Below, one piece after another: positions 1 through 8,632 of a stretch of 60,506 nt of DNA. Both the position numbers and the translations under genes were made by a program. Source of the DNA: Candidatus Thorarchaeota archaeon (GTDB lineage: Archaea; Asgardarchaeota; Thorarchaeia; Thorarchaeales; Thorarchaeaceae); NCBI GenBank assembly GCA_016839605.1, contig JAEOTX010000150.1, positions 1 through 60,506 on the forward strand. Direction: 5' to 3'. Every line of letters begins with the position of its first letter. Positions within the stretch are counted from its first letter, which is position 1. The notes under the pieces are model-generated. The model was not told the DNA's origin. It was given only the letters and a program-made list of their open reading frames with translations, and did not search any database.

Positions 1-123
1 TGACCTCGGCATTTCTTCTCCTGAAGTGGCCGGTCTCAGGGTCCACCCACTTCTCAGTCCTCTTCTGGAATGCTGACTTCTTGGGAGTTCCATCGAAGAT
101 ATGCTGAATGTCTACCTCTGTGG

Positions 124-1059
124 TCACTCCCACACCCCCCAGATGTACGGAGCGCTTGAGCACTTGTTTACGCACTCGTAGCACTTCGAATAGCAGCCAC
201 GAGAACCATAACCTGCATCATGAGCACTCTTCCAGCGACCTGAAACCTTCCCATCGGTGTTTGAGATGGTTGGACCGTAGTGGTCTATGTCCAGCAACTT
301 GTTCACTGGACTCGGACCACGAATCCTCAATGGCTGCTGGAATGCTCTGGTTAAGGTCATCAGTTCATCCTGTACATCCCAGAGATGAGAGGATTCATCG
401 TTGAACCATGCTGTGATGACCCTTGGAACCGACCGGCCACCTACAGCCTCATAGTTCCAGAGGTTTCGAAGTATTCTCTCAATATGTCGGGGTGGGTCCA
501 GAGCGCTCACTGACCCGTGGATTATTGTATCAATTCTGGCCAGCCTTGCTAGAATCAATTGGTTGGGCTCCACGGCAAAACGAGTGTTGAGGATAGTCGT
601 CTTGTCAAATAGGTCGGAGAATTCGGCGGTGACCGTGGCGATCGACCAGTTGACAGAAGGTTCCCCATTGACGCCATTCCTCACGATATCAGAATCAACG
701 CGCTCTAGATCCCATTGGAGTTTGTCCTCATTGAGCCGATTGACCACTGGTATCCAGTACTTCATGTGATACCTGGCCATAGCCTCGGACAAGTAGCAGT
801 GGCCGTAGCAACCTCGTCCACCGTGGACCGCTGCGAATGGACAGCCTCTCACGGTGTCCATGAGGAAGCCAAGTGACGTGATGTTCCTCCTTCCATAGGA
901 CTTCCCCTCAGGGGTCTTGGTGGACTTGTTGTTCCCGAAGAGTCGGATGTCTTGGGGAACGAAGGGCAGCCACGGCCTCTTACCAGCCTTCGTAGTGGTG
1001 TCAGGGTATCCTAACGTAGACTGATGATACCCACACTGCGAAAGGCTGGCCGTTGACAT
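124..1059 (-). CDS. hypothetical Cys-rich protein (family not recognised)
   Basis: 311-aa ORF dominating this stretch. Cys clusters RGCPF..GGRGCYGHCY near the N-terminus and GSRGCYSKCYECVNKC at the C-terminus. Vaguely radical-SAM or phage Gp37/Gp68-like, but no canonical CxxxCxxC, so the product is left open. Confidence 0.5.
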   Translation of the reverse strand: MSTASLSQCGYHQSTLGYPDTTTKAGKRPWLPFVPQDIRLFGNNKSTKTPEGKSYGRRNITSLGFLMDTVRGCPFAAVHGGRGCYGHCYLSEAMARYHMKYWIPVVNRLNEDKLQWDLERVDSDIVRNGVNGEPSVNWSIATVTAEFSDLFDKTTILNTRFAVEPNQLILARLARIDTIIHGSVSALDPPRHIERILRNLWNYEAVGGRSVPRVITAWFNDESSHLWDVQDELMTLTRAFQQPLRIRGPSPVNKLLDIDHYGPTISNTDGKVSGRWKSAHDAGYGSRGCYSKCYECVNKCSSAPYIWGVWE

Positions 1060-1149
1060 GCTGTCATGTCCTGTCCGCAGCTTATATACTCCTACTTTAT
1101 TAGTACTAATAATTAGGGGTTTATATCGTGGCCCACGGTACTCAAAGAC

Positions 1150-1440
1150 ATGAATCTTGAAGACCTAGACGTTGAGATTGACATCTCATTTCTCGGTACC
1201 CGATGGATTGTGATACGCAACTATCACAGTGATGATATCCCATTTGGAATTCGTGGGAAGACGCCTGCCATGTTCACCTATCGGGAGTACATACAGTCTG
1301 ACTCCTCTGAGTGGGAGGGGCCATTTGAGGAGCAGGACTATGCAGCGCTTGTTGACATTCTTGTGAAGTTAGACTTCTCGTTCAGCCAAGCAGTTAGCAT
1401 GATCAGGATGAGGGCGACACTTCAAGCTCCAAAACAGTAA
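1150..1440 (+). CDS. hypothetical small acidic protein
   Basis: 96-aa ORF with an ATG start, co-directional with the following small ORFs. No recognisable domain. Confidence 0.4.
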   Translation: MNLEDLDVEIDISFLGTRWIVIRNYHSDDIPFGIRGKTPAMFTYREYIQSDSSEWEGPFEEQDYAALVDILVKLDFSFSQAVSMIRMRATLQAPKQ

Positions 1441-1469
1441 CTTCATCATTTGGAAGGGGTGATAGGAAG

Positions 1470-1706
1470 GTGCGGGTGATTGAGCTGCCGAGGTATCCAA
1501 AGGGCACACGGATCTACATGGTCAAGAACGTGATAATGCGGCGGAAGGACGGGAAGGACCAGTATCGAGTGACACTTCCCAAACGGTTGATGGACGAGAT
1601 CATTGGAGATGAGGATAACCCATTCCGTGTCGCAACTGCAATACTGACCGAGAGGGTTATGTGGATGATAGTGTCAGAGGGGGAGGAAGATGAACAAGAA
1701 GCTTGA
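1470..1706 (+). CDS. small putative DNA-binding protein (AbrB/SpoVT-like, tentative)
   Basis: 78-aa ORF with a GTG start after a purine-rich stretch. The motif YRVTLPKRLMDEI resembles the AbrB/SpoVT swapped-hairpin motif. A 17-nt overlap with the next ORF suggests an operon. Confidence 0.4.
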   Translation: MRVIELPRYPKGTRIYMVKNVIMRRKDGKDQYRVTLPKRLMDEIIGDEDNPFRVATAILTERVMWMIVSEGEEDEQEA

Positions 1707-2418
1707 GAAGAGCATCCAGAAGGACTCCAAGAGCAAGTTGGTGTTTAGAAAGCAGAACCCTGAAGCACAGAGATTAGCTGAAGAGGGAAAGAGAAATGCA
1801 GAGAGGGGGGCATGGGAAGATGCAGAGAGAGCGTACAGTGAAGCGCTCGAGTTGGATCCATATCATCCACTGGCAATGACCGGACTCAGTCAGGTGTTTA
1901 TGGAGAGGGGTGATGTCGAGGGTGCTGAGAAGATGCTCATCGATGCTGTCAGGAGGTACCCGAATGCAGCTCAGGCATGGTATAACATGGGTATCTTCTA
2001 CTGGAAGATGAACAACTTCGAGGAGGCTTTGACTTGCTTCCACACTGCCACTGTACGAAAACCAGACTGGGCACTTGCTTGGCTGAGTGGTGGTCTCGCT
2101 CAGATGGAGCTTGGCAAATATGAAGGGGCGGAGGCAACTTTCAGGAAGTTACTTGAGCTGGAGCCCGACAACACCACGGGAATGTTCAAACTAGGAGAGA
2201 CCCTCGATGAGTTAGGCAGACTCCCAGAGGCTGAGGAACTCTTCCGTAGGATTGTTGATCTGCAACCAGACAATGCACTTGGATGGTGGAACCTTGGAGT
2301 ATGTCAATATCATGGGGAGCAGTGGGATGAAGCGGATAGTTCGTTCCTAAAAGCCGCCTCCTTAGACCCCTCCTTCAATGACCAGTTGACTGGGGTAGGG
2401 TACGAGTACAAAGAGTAG
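1690..2418 (+). CDS. TPR-repeat protein
   Basis: Repeated 34-aa TPR-like units: AERAYSEALELDPYHP, AQAWYNMGIFYWKMNNFEEALTCFHTATVRKPDWA, AEATFRKLLELEPDNT, AEELFRRIVDLQPDNA, ADSSFLKAASLDPS. Confidence 0.8.
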   Translation: MNKKLEKSIQKDSKSKLVFRKQNPEAQRLAEEGKRNAERGAWEDAERAYSEALELDPYHPLAMTGLSQVFMERGDVEGAEKMLIDAVRRYPNAAQAWYNMGIFYWKMNNFEEALTCFHTATVRKPDWALAWLSGGLAQMELGKYEGAEATFRKLLELEPDNTTGMFKLGETLDELGRLPEAEELFRRIVDLQPDNALGWWNLGVCQYHGEQWDEADSSFLKAASLDPSFNDQLTGVGYEYKE

Positions 2419-2791
2419 ACCACCGTTGTTTGCAGGGTCATAGGTCTTAGAGGGTGTAAGGATTGCTTCCCCTCGTAGGTCAAGCCTATTTGAGTCATCT
2501 AATAATCAAAGGCTGCATTCTTAGGGGCTTCTTCCAGTACTAGTATATGCTTGGACTATTAGCATCCCTTCGAATCCCTTATCTTCCTTCGTCTGTTATC
2601 CATATTCTCCAATGAGCGTTCAGCCTTCTATTGTTATTGGGATTTCCCTTCTGCTCCTAGAGTATAAATTACAAGCTTCCCATAAAACCAGCCCAGTGCG
2701 GTGGGACGGAACTGCTGTTTCTTCCACTTCTAAGGCATTTCATTTCCTGAGTCAACAGATGAAGCAAGCAGATCTCAACGACTTTCTGTGA

Positions 2792-2989
2792 TCATATGTT
2801 CTCTAGTTCTTCACTGCCACACTTTCGACAGACCATGCACCCATCAGTGGACGCAACGCCCCTGACCTTCCCCACTGGGACAGGTGGCATCGGGAGTACC
2901 CTCATGGTGCCGTCGATTGTGCCGCAGTTCTTACATCTAACGGTCATAGTTATTCCATCGAATCTTGTTTTTTTACTCTTCACATCCAA
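2792..2989 (-). CDS. small zinc-ribbon protein
   Basis: 65-aa ORF with CKNCG ... CRKCG (two CxxC pairs). Preferred over the overlapping + strand ORF, which has no motif. Confidence 0.4.
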   Translation of the reverse strand: MDVKSKKTRFDGITMTVRCKNCGTIDGTMRVLPMPPVPVGKVRGVASTDGCMVCRKCGSEELENI

Positions 2990-3068
2990 GATAGAGAGTA
3001 GTGATTATCCCCTCTCCTGTTAGATATTAAAACCCGTCCTCGTCAGCTGTGAGTGTGCCTTTTTATCG

Positions 3069-3080
3069 GAGCTTAAATCG
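3069..3080 (+). promoter_or_regulatory. BRE/TATA-like box GAGCTTAAATCG
   Basis: GCTTAAATCGTC sits exactly 18 nt upstream of ATGACAG. The identical motif and spacing recur at 4512-4523 before the ORF at 4544. The TTAAAT-to-ATG distance of 28 nt fits a leaderless archaeal transcript. Confidence 0.45.
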
Positions 3081-3100
3081 TCGTGCCCACACATAAGAAC

Positions 3101-3415
3101 ATGACAGCACTCGAAGACATCCAGAACCGTGTCACAAAGGCCCTCGAACAGGCTGGAAGACGCGACAAGACCCTTGTCTTTCAGGACATCTCGGTCAAGC
3201 AGACCAAGGACCCTGCCGACTACTCCCTACGTTTTCTAGTGACCCATGACTCCGGTTTCATTGACGAAGAGCTGGCTCGTCAGTTCGGCTCAGTCGTAGA
3301 TGTTGGTTGCTCTGAGACTGATGGGCTTCCAGAGGATGAGGGAGTCTGGCCCGATGAGAACGGCTTTCATGAGTTCGTCGCGATAATCGGTCTTCCCCTG
3401 AAGATTGTCATCTAG
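3101..3415 (+). CDS. hypothetical acidic protein
   Basis: The track ORF starts at GTG 3083, but that GTG lies inside the promoter-like box. ATG 3101 (MTALEDIQ) matches the spacing seen at 4544. Confidence 0.5.
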   Translation: MTALEDIQNRVTKALEQAGRRDKTLVFQDISVKQTKDPADYSLRFLVTHDSGFIDEELARQFGSVVDVGCSETDGLPEDEGVWPDENGFHEFVAIIGLPLKIVI

Positions 3416-3436
3416 AAGTAGTGGACGCCCTTCAGT

Positions 3437-3468
3437 AGGGAGGCGAGGGCGCCCTTCCCTCTTTATTG
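3437..3468 (+). terminator. GC-rich hairpin plus T-tract
   Basis: AGGGA-GGCGA-GGGCGCCC-T-TCCCT followed by CTTTATTG, about 20 nt after the stop of the 3101..3415 ORF. Confidence 0.35.
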
Positions 3469-3689
3469 TCAGAGGTCGCAGGAACCCTCCGCAAAGGAAG
3501 GGCATGCGGTCTCAACGATTACTCTCATTTCTTATCTGTGTTGCGAGTCTTCCATTCTTAGAACGAAAGGTTAAACTCAAAGCTCAGTACAGTCAATTCC
3601 GAATAGGTCGATCTTATCCCATCGACCTCAAAGACCGAGAACGCATCCTTAGACTGATTCTAGACCTGTTCACAAGGATGTGATTCAAG

Positions 3690-4022
3690 ATGGTAGATGT
3701 TGAATATGTATATGCTGGACCACCTAGCAGTTTTGTCTATCGCCAACCTAGATGGTTCCATCAGGTGACCCTCGCAAAGCTGAGGGAGATCACCTGCAAG
3801 ATATTGAAGAAGACTTACGATGCGGGGAGTGATGACCTGTGTCGAGTGGAGACCTTTCCACGAATTGAACCACCCCGTGAGAAGGGCGGTGAGCCTGTGG
3901 TCGTGATGGAGCGGGTTTCTCTACCCACAGCAGCTGGATGGGCACTAAAGACAGCCAAGGAGTATGACTGCGAATGGGCGAGGGACATTCCCTTGCCTGA
4001 TTGTCTGTTCTTCTGGCCATAG
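3690..4022 (+). CDS. hypothetical protein, tandem paralog A
   Basis: 110 aa. Shares with the next ORF: YVY.G.PSSF, ELCRVET, PP.EKGGEP.VV, GWALKT.KE.DCEWAR.IPLPDC. Confidence 0.6.
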   Translation: MVDVEYVYAGPPSSFVYRQPRWFHQVTLAKLREITCKILKKTYDAGSDDLCRVETFPRIEPPREKGGEPVVVMERVSLPTAAGWALKTAKEYDCEWARDIPLPDCLFFWP

Positions 4023-4049
4023 AACTCAGGCAAAAGGATGTGATTTGAG

Positions 4050-4415
4050 ATGGGCAAAGAGGACTATGTGTATACAGGACTACCGAGTAGCTTTCTATTC
4101 CTCGAATCTGTTCGCTGGGAACGTATTCCTGAGTTGAAAGAGGCAGTCTGTAAGTTGTTGTTCGATATGTACAAGGCTGGGAAGGATGAGCTGTGCCGGG
4201 TAGAAACCTACAATCGCATCTTGCCCCCTGAAGAGAAAGGGGGTGAGCCTATAGTGGTTGAATGGCGTATTCTCAATCCATTTGCGTCTGGTTGGGCTCT
4301 CAAGACCACCAAGGAGCATGACTGCGAATGGGCCAGGAACATTCCCCTGCCTGACTGCATGATGGACTTCAGAGCAATGGTAATGGAAATGAGAGATAGA
4401 GGTAGGAAGTACTAG
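4050..4415 (+). CDS. hypothetical protein, tandem paralog B
   Basis: 121 aa, roughly half identical to 3690..4022. The upstream AAGGATGTGATT(C/T)(A/G)AGATG is also duplicated. Confidence 0.6.
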   Translation: MGKEDYVYTGLPSSFLFLESVRWERIPELKEAVCKLLFDMYKAGKDELCRVETYNRILPPEEKGGEPIVVEWRILNPFASGWALKTTKEHDCEWARNIPLPDCMMDFRAMVMEMRDRGRKY

Positions 4416-4511
4416 GACTGAGTCAGGCCCCGCTGGCCCCAGTGCGGAGCGTTCTAGCGGGCAGGCGGGTGCCGGACTCGAATACGGGCTCATATCAGCG
4501 GTGTTTCATGG

Positions 4512-4523
4512 AAGCTTAAATCG
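4512..4523 (+). promoter_or_regulatory. BRE/TATA-like box AAGCTTAAATCG
   Basis: Second copy of GCTTAAATCGTC, again 18 nt upstream of ATGACAG (ATG at 4544). Confidence 0.45.
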
Positions 4524-4543
4524 TCCGGTTTCCACTTCACTAC

Positions 4544-4990
4544 ATGACAGACACGAGCTTTAGGAACTACAGATATTCCACAGGTGGCGGTTGTGAGAAC
4601 TGCATCACCCTTGAGGGCTTCGACTCATCTCAGCTAGGAAAGTACGGCGCTAAGTGCCCTGAGTGTGAGAAGAAGTTAGAGCGCTGCGGGGACTGTGGTC
4701 GTTTCTATCACATTCGCACCTTTGTGACCATCAAGAGGAAGAACGGCTGGACCACGAAGTGTTACAACTGCGGCAAGGACGACCCCAATCGAATTGCTCC
4801 TATTACAATTGACTTCTCTCCCTACATGGGAACTATCTCGTCTGACCCTGAGCCAGATTCAATCGAGTCTAAGACCGTTCAGACTTCTTTGATTAGATGG
4901 CCTTTAATCGCACCCTCGGTATATGGGTTGTTTATTAGGGATGGTTCTGAGGCCTGGTGTATTGAAAAAGAGCATGGAGGACGGGACTAG
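4544..4990 (+). CDS. multi-CxxC zinc-finger protein
   Basis: 148 aa with CENC, CPEC, CGDCG and CYNCG, i.e. four CxxC pairs typical of two zinc ribbons. Confidence 0.55.
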   Translation: MTDTSFRNYRYSTGGGCENCITLEGFDSSQLGKYGAKCPECEKKLERCGDCGRFYHIRTFVTIKRKNGWTTKCYNCGKDDPNRIAPITIDFSPYMGTISSDPEPDSIESKTVQTSLIRWPLIAPSVYGLFIRDGSEAWCIEKEHGGRD

Positions 4991-5007
4991 CCCATCCTTC
5001 CTCGATT

Positions 5008-6999
5008 CTATAATCTGTCTTTAATCAGAGTTTCAACAACTGTGGGGTCAGCGAGAGTAGTCGTATCACCCAAGTCATCGATTTGACCTGCTGCTATACG
5101 CTTCAAGATGCGCCTCATGATTTTTCCAGAGCGCGTCTTAGGCAGAGCGTCTGCATATTGGATTTTGGCGGGAGTCGCGATGGGGCCGATTTCTGTACGG
5201 ACCCATTGTTTTAGTTCCTTCTTCAACTCCTCGGTCTTGTCAATCCCGACTTTGAGTGTAGCAAAAACATACACATCCTGCCCTTTAATCTCATGCGGGA
5301 ACCCGACTACGGCGCACTCTGCGACAGCGGGATGCTTGACAAGAGCGCTCTCGATCTCAGCGGTACCGAGTCTGTGACCAGACACCTTGAGCACGTCATC
5401 GATTCGACCCATGACAAAGTAGTAGCCATCCTCGTTGAAGCGGCCTCCGTCTCCTGTCATGTACATTGGATTACCAGTGTCGGGGTCCTTGTACTGCACC
5501 CAGTAGGTGTTTATGAACCTCTCATGGTCGCCGTAGACGGTCCTCATCAGGCCAGGCCATGGCTCACGGATACAGATGTAACCACCCTCGTTTGCATCTA
5601 CTGGCTGTCCACCCTCGTCAACGATAATGGGTTTCACACCGAAGAATGGGTGAGTTGTGCTGCCAGGGATAGTGTCTGTAGCACCGGGTAGAGGTGTAAA
5701 TATCACACCACCAGTTTCTGTTTGCCAGTAGGTGTCTACTATAGGACAATTCCCATTGCCAATCTGTTCATGATACCACATCCAAGCCTCTGGGTTAATT
5801 GGTTCACCTACGGTACCGAGCAAGTTCAAAGTGCTCAGGTCGTGCTTCTTCACTGGGTCCTCACCGAATCTCATCAGAGCCCTGATGGCGGTGGGGGCAG
5901 TATAGAACTGGTTGACCTTCCAGCGTTCGACCTCTAGCCAAAAGCGGTCGTTCTCGGGATAAGTAGGAGTGCCTTCGAACATCATTGTAGTGGACCCTGC
6001 GGACAGAGGACCATAGACGATGTAGGAGTGACCAGTGATCCAGCCGATGTCAGCGGTGCACCAGTAGACATCGCCAGGATGCCAGTCGAAGATTGTCTTG
6101 AACGTGTAGGTGGTATAAGTCATGTACCCACCAACAGTGTGTAGAACACCCTTCGGCTTACCAGTTGAACCGGATGTGTAGAGGATGAACAATGGGTCCT
6201 CAGCGTTTAGCCATTCGGGCTCACACTTGTCATCGACCTTTGCGTACTCCTCGTGATACCAGACGTCTCTGGAATCATCCCAAGGAGTGTCCTCAACACC
6301 CATTCTCTGCACAACGAGCACTTTCTCGACAATGGAGATATCCTCGAGTGCCTTGTCGGCATTCTTCTTCTGGGGTACGATCTTACCGTTTCTGTAGTAA
6401 GCATCAGCAGTGATGAGGAGCTTGCTCTGACAGTCCTCGATTCTGTCCTTCAATGAGTCAGCAGTAAAACCACCGAAGACGATGCTGTGAACAGCGCCAA
6501 TTCTGGCACATGCCAGCATTACGATGGCCAGCTCAGGAATCATTGGCATGTAGATAGTGATTGTGTCACCTTTGTTCACACCGAGGTTCTTCAGAACATT
6601 TGAGGCCTTGTTGACCTCGCTCAGAAGCTCATTGTAGGTGTAGGTCTTGGACTCATCGAGTGGGTCGCCCTGCCAGATGAGTGCGACCTGCTCACCATTC
6701 TGTGCTACTACATGCTTGTCCAGACAGTTGTAAGCCATGTTTGTGACGCCATCCTCGAAATAGGTGAATCGGATATCCTCCATATCCTTCCACTCGAATC
6801 CCTTGGTTGGCTCTTTCTTCCAGTAAATCATATCCTTAGCGATCTTGAGCCAGAACTCATCGGGATTCTTGATAGACTCCTTCCAGAGCTTCATCCTCTC
6901 GTCGTGGCTCTTGATATAGGCCTTCTCGACGAAACTCTTTGGGGGAGCGAATCTCCGCTCTTCTTGGCTCGTGACAGTGATCTTCTTCTCTTCAGCCAT
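5008..6999 (-). CDS. acs: acetyl-CoA synthetase (AMP-forming)
   Basis: 663 aa with hallmark Acs motifs: YTSGSTGKPKG, WWQTETGG-like YWQTETGG, TGDGGRFNEDGYYFVMGRIDD, and C-terminal LPKTRSGKIMRRIL containing the regulatory Lys. Confidence 0.97.
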   Translation of the reverse strand: MAEEKKITVTSQEERRFAPPKSFVEKAYIKSHDERMKLWKESIKNPDEFWLKIAKDMIYWKKEPTKGFEWKDMEDIRFTYFEDGVTNMAYNCLDKHVVAQNGEQVALIWQGDPLDESKTYTYNELLSEVNKASNVLKNLGVNKGDTITIYMPMIPELAIVMLACARIGAVHSIVFGGFTADSLKDRIEDCQSKLLITADAYYRNGKIVPQKKNADKALEDISIVEKVLVVQRMGVEDTPWDDSRDVWYHEEYAKVDDKCEPEWLNAEDPLFILYTSGSTGKPKGVLHTVGGYMTYTTYTFKTIFDWHPGDVYWCTADIGWITGHSYIVYGPLSAGSTTMMFEGTPTYPENDRFWLEVERWKVNQFYTAPTAIRALMRFGEDPVKKHDLSTLNLLGTVGEPINPEAWMWYHEQIGNGNCPIVDTYWQTETGGVIFTPLPGATDTIPGSTTHPFFGVKPIIVDEGGQPVDANEGGYICIREPWPGLMRTVYGDHERFINTYWVQYKDPDTGNPMYMTGDGGRFNEDGYYFVMGRIDDVLKVSGHRLGTAEIESALVKHPAVAECAVVGFPHEIKGQDVYVFATLKVGIDKTEELKKELKQWVRTEIGPIATPAKIQYADALPKTRSGKIMRRILKRIAAGQIDDLGDTTTLADPTVVETLIKDRL

Positions 7000-7197
7000 G
7001 GAATAATCACCATAAGCAACGTTGCTTTGGTCGTCCGCGCTTAGTCACACCCTTATGAAGATTTGCCAATAGTGGTAAGTTTTGGTGGATTTTGGCAGAA
7101 TGTCGAATCACGAATACAAAGTGGGGAGTAATGCAGCAAAAATAAACTGAGCGAGGCCAAAGACGAGTGTCCTTGACCTCATTTCGTATTGATTGTG

Positions 7198-8487
7198 TTA
7201 TTGCGAAGGCTTACGCATGAACTTCAGAACAAGTGTGAAGACCACAGCAATGATTGCGAGTACACCAGTGACAACAAAGGCCATGAAGTATGATCCAGTT
7301 GCATCAACAATCGGACCAGCAACAAAGGCACCAGTTATGCCTGCAATACCATAGGCAGTGAACATCACACCGTAGTTCTTGCCAACATTCTTTGAGCCCC
7401 AGAAGTCAGCAGTCGCTGATGGGAACAGAGCGAAGTTGCCACCAAAGCAGAAGCCAATGAGGGAAGCTATGAGCATGACTGCAACCCAGTCAACTGCTAG
7501 TGTAGTGATGTATGCGAATGCGAACATGCCAACTGCCAGAACCAGGAACATTGTGATCATTGTGTTCGCTCGTCCGAGCCTGTCTGAAACTGCTCCCCAG
7601 ACAATCCTTCCGGCTGCATTCAGTAGGCTCATGACACCAACAATGACAGCTGCAAATGCTGCACCGCCCACTGGATCAACCTCCAAAGCTGCACTCTTCA
7701 CATTTCCGAGTGTCATGAGGCCAGCAGTGGCTGCAAAGACGAACATGAGCCATAGTAGCCAGAAGCTCGCTGTTCTGATCATCTCACCAGGCATGATGTC
7801 TAGACCCTTTCCATCAGCTGTGGTTGTGGGAGGAGTGTAACCTGCAGGAAGCCAGCCTTCTGGAGGATTTGTAAGAACCTGTGCCCCAAGAACCACCAAA
7901 ACCAGATAGGTGATGCCTAGAATCAAGAATGGTGTTCCGACCTGGAGAGTTGTGGGCACATTGAACATGCCAAGCAAGAATTCTTCAACATAACCAAAGA
8001 CGAGTGCACCGCCTCCAAAGCCAGCAACTGCAATACCAGTGATTGTCCCCTTCTTATCTGGGAACCACTTCACTAATGCTGCGATTGGACATACATAAGC
8101 AAAGCCAATTCCAGCACCACCAATGATTCCGTAAGTGATGATAAGCCACATAGTTCCAACCATCTCGTTACCAGCTGCTACTATATCTACCATGAAAGCA
8201 AGAATATAGCCGATACCTAGGAGAACACCGCCAACAGTGGCGACCTTTCGTGGACCAATCCGATCCTGCCATCTTCCTGCAAATATCATGAATAGCGCAA
8301 AAGAAGCAAGACCAGCAGCAAATGGTAGCTGAGTGAAGAACGCAGACCACGTGTATGCGCCGCCTCTAAGAGCTGTTTGGAAGAAGGACCAGGCATAAAT
8401 CGAGCCCAGACATAATTGAACTATGATTGCACCGAGGATCACGAGATTCCGGTTTCCAACCTTTTCTTCAGACATGAGATAATTCAC
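7198..8487 (-). CDS. MFS transporter, oxalate/formate antiporter (OFA)-like
   Basis: 429 aa with about 12 hydrophobic segments. The GRWQDRIGPRKV loop motif and overall layout are typical of the OFA subfamily. Confidence 0.8.
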   Translation of the reverse strand: MNYLMSEEKVGNRNLVILGAIIVQLCLGSIYAWSFFQTALRGGAYTWSAFFTQLPFAAGLASFALFMIFAGRWQDRIGPRKVATVGGVLLGIGYILAFMVDIVAAGNEMVGTMWLIITYGIIGGAGIGFAYVCPIAALVKWFPDKKGTITGIAVAGFGGGALVFGYVEEFLLGMFNVPTTLQVGTPFLILGITYLVLVVLGAQVLTNPPEGWLPAGYTPPTTTADGKGLDIMPGEMIRTASFWLLWLMFVFAATAGLMTLGNVKSAALEVDPVGGAAFAAVIVGVMSLLNAAGRIVWGAVSDRLGRANTMITMFLVLAVGMFAFAYITTLAVDWVAVMLIASLIGFCFGGNFALFPSATADFWGSKNVGKNYGVMFTAYGIAGITGAFVAGPIVDATGSYFMAFVVTGVLAIIAVVFTLVLKFMRKPSQ

Positions 8488-8632
8488 CTGACAGATTGTC
8501 GAGTCTTGTGCCGTCGCGCGAAGCTCCTAACTGATAAGGGTTCTTACATGACGGTTGCCTGTCGAACCTGTCATTTGCAAACGCCTATATGTAATGCAAA
8601 TTGGCTTCGACTCGTTGAAGAGAGAGATTGCA

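Noticed and set aside
3405-3683. Arg-rich 92-aa ORF
   Set aside because: It is low-complexity and lies in a spacer full of hairpins directly after a terminator-like structure, with no promoter cassette like its neighbours. It is probably non-coding.
2692-4447. 10-nt repeat CCCAGTGCGG (2692-2701 and 4438-4447) as att sites of an integrated element
   Set aside because: A single exact 10-mer pair is expected many times by chance in 60 kb, and the flanks show no further similarity.
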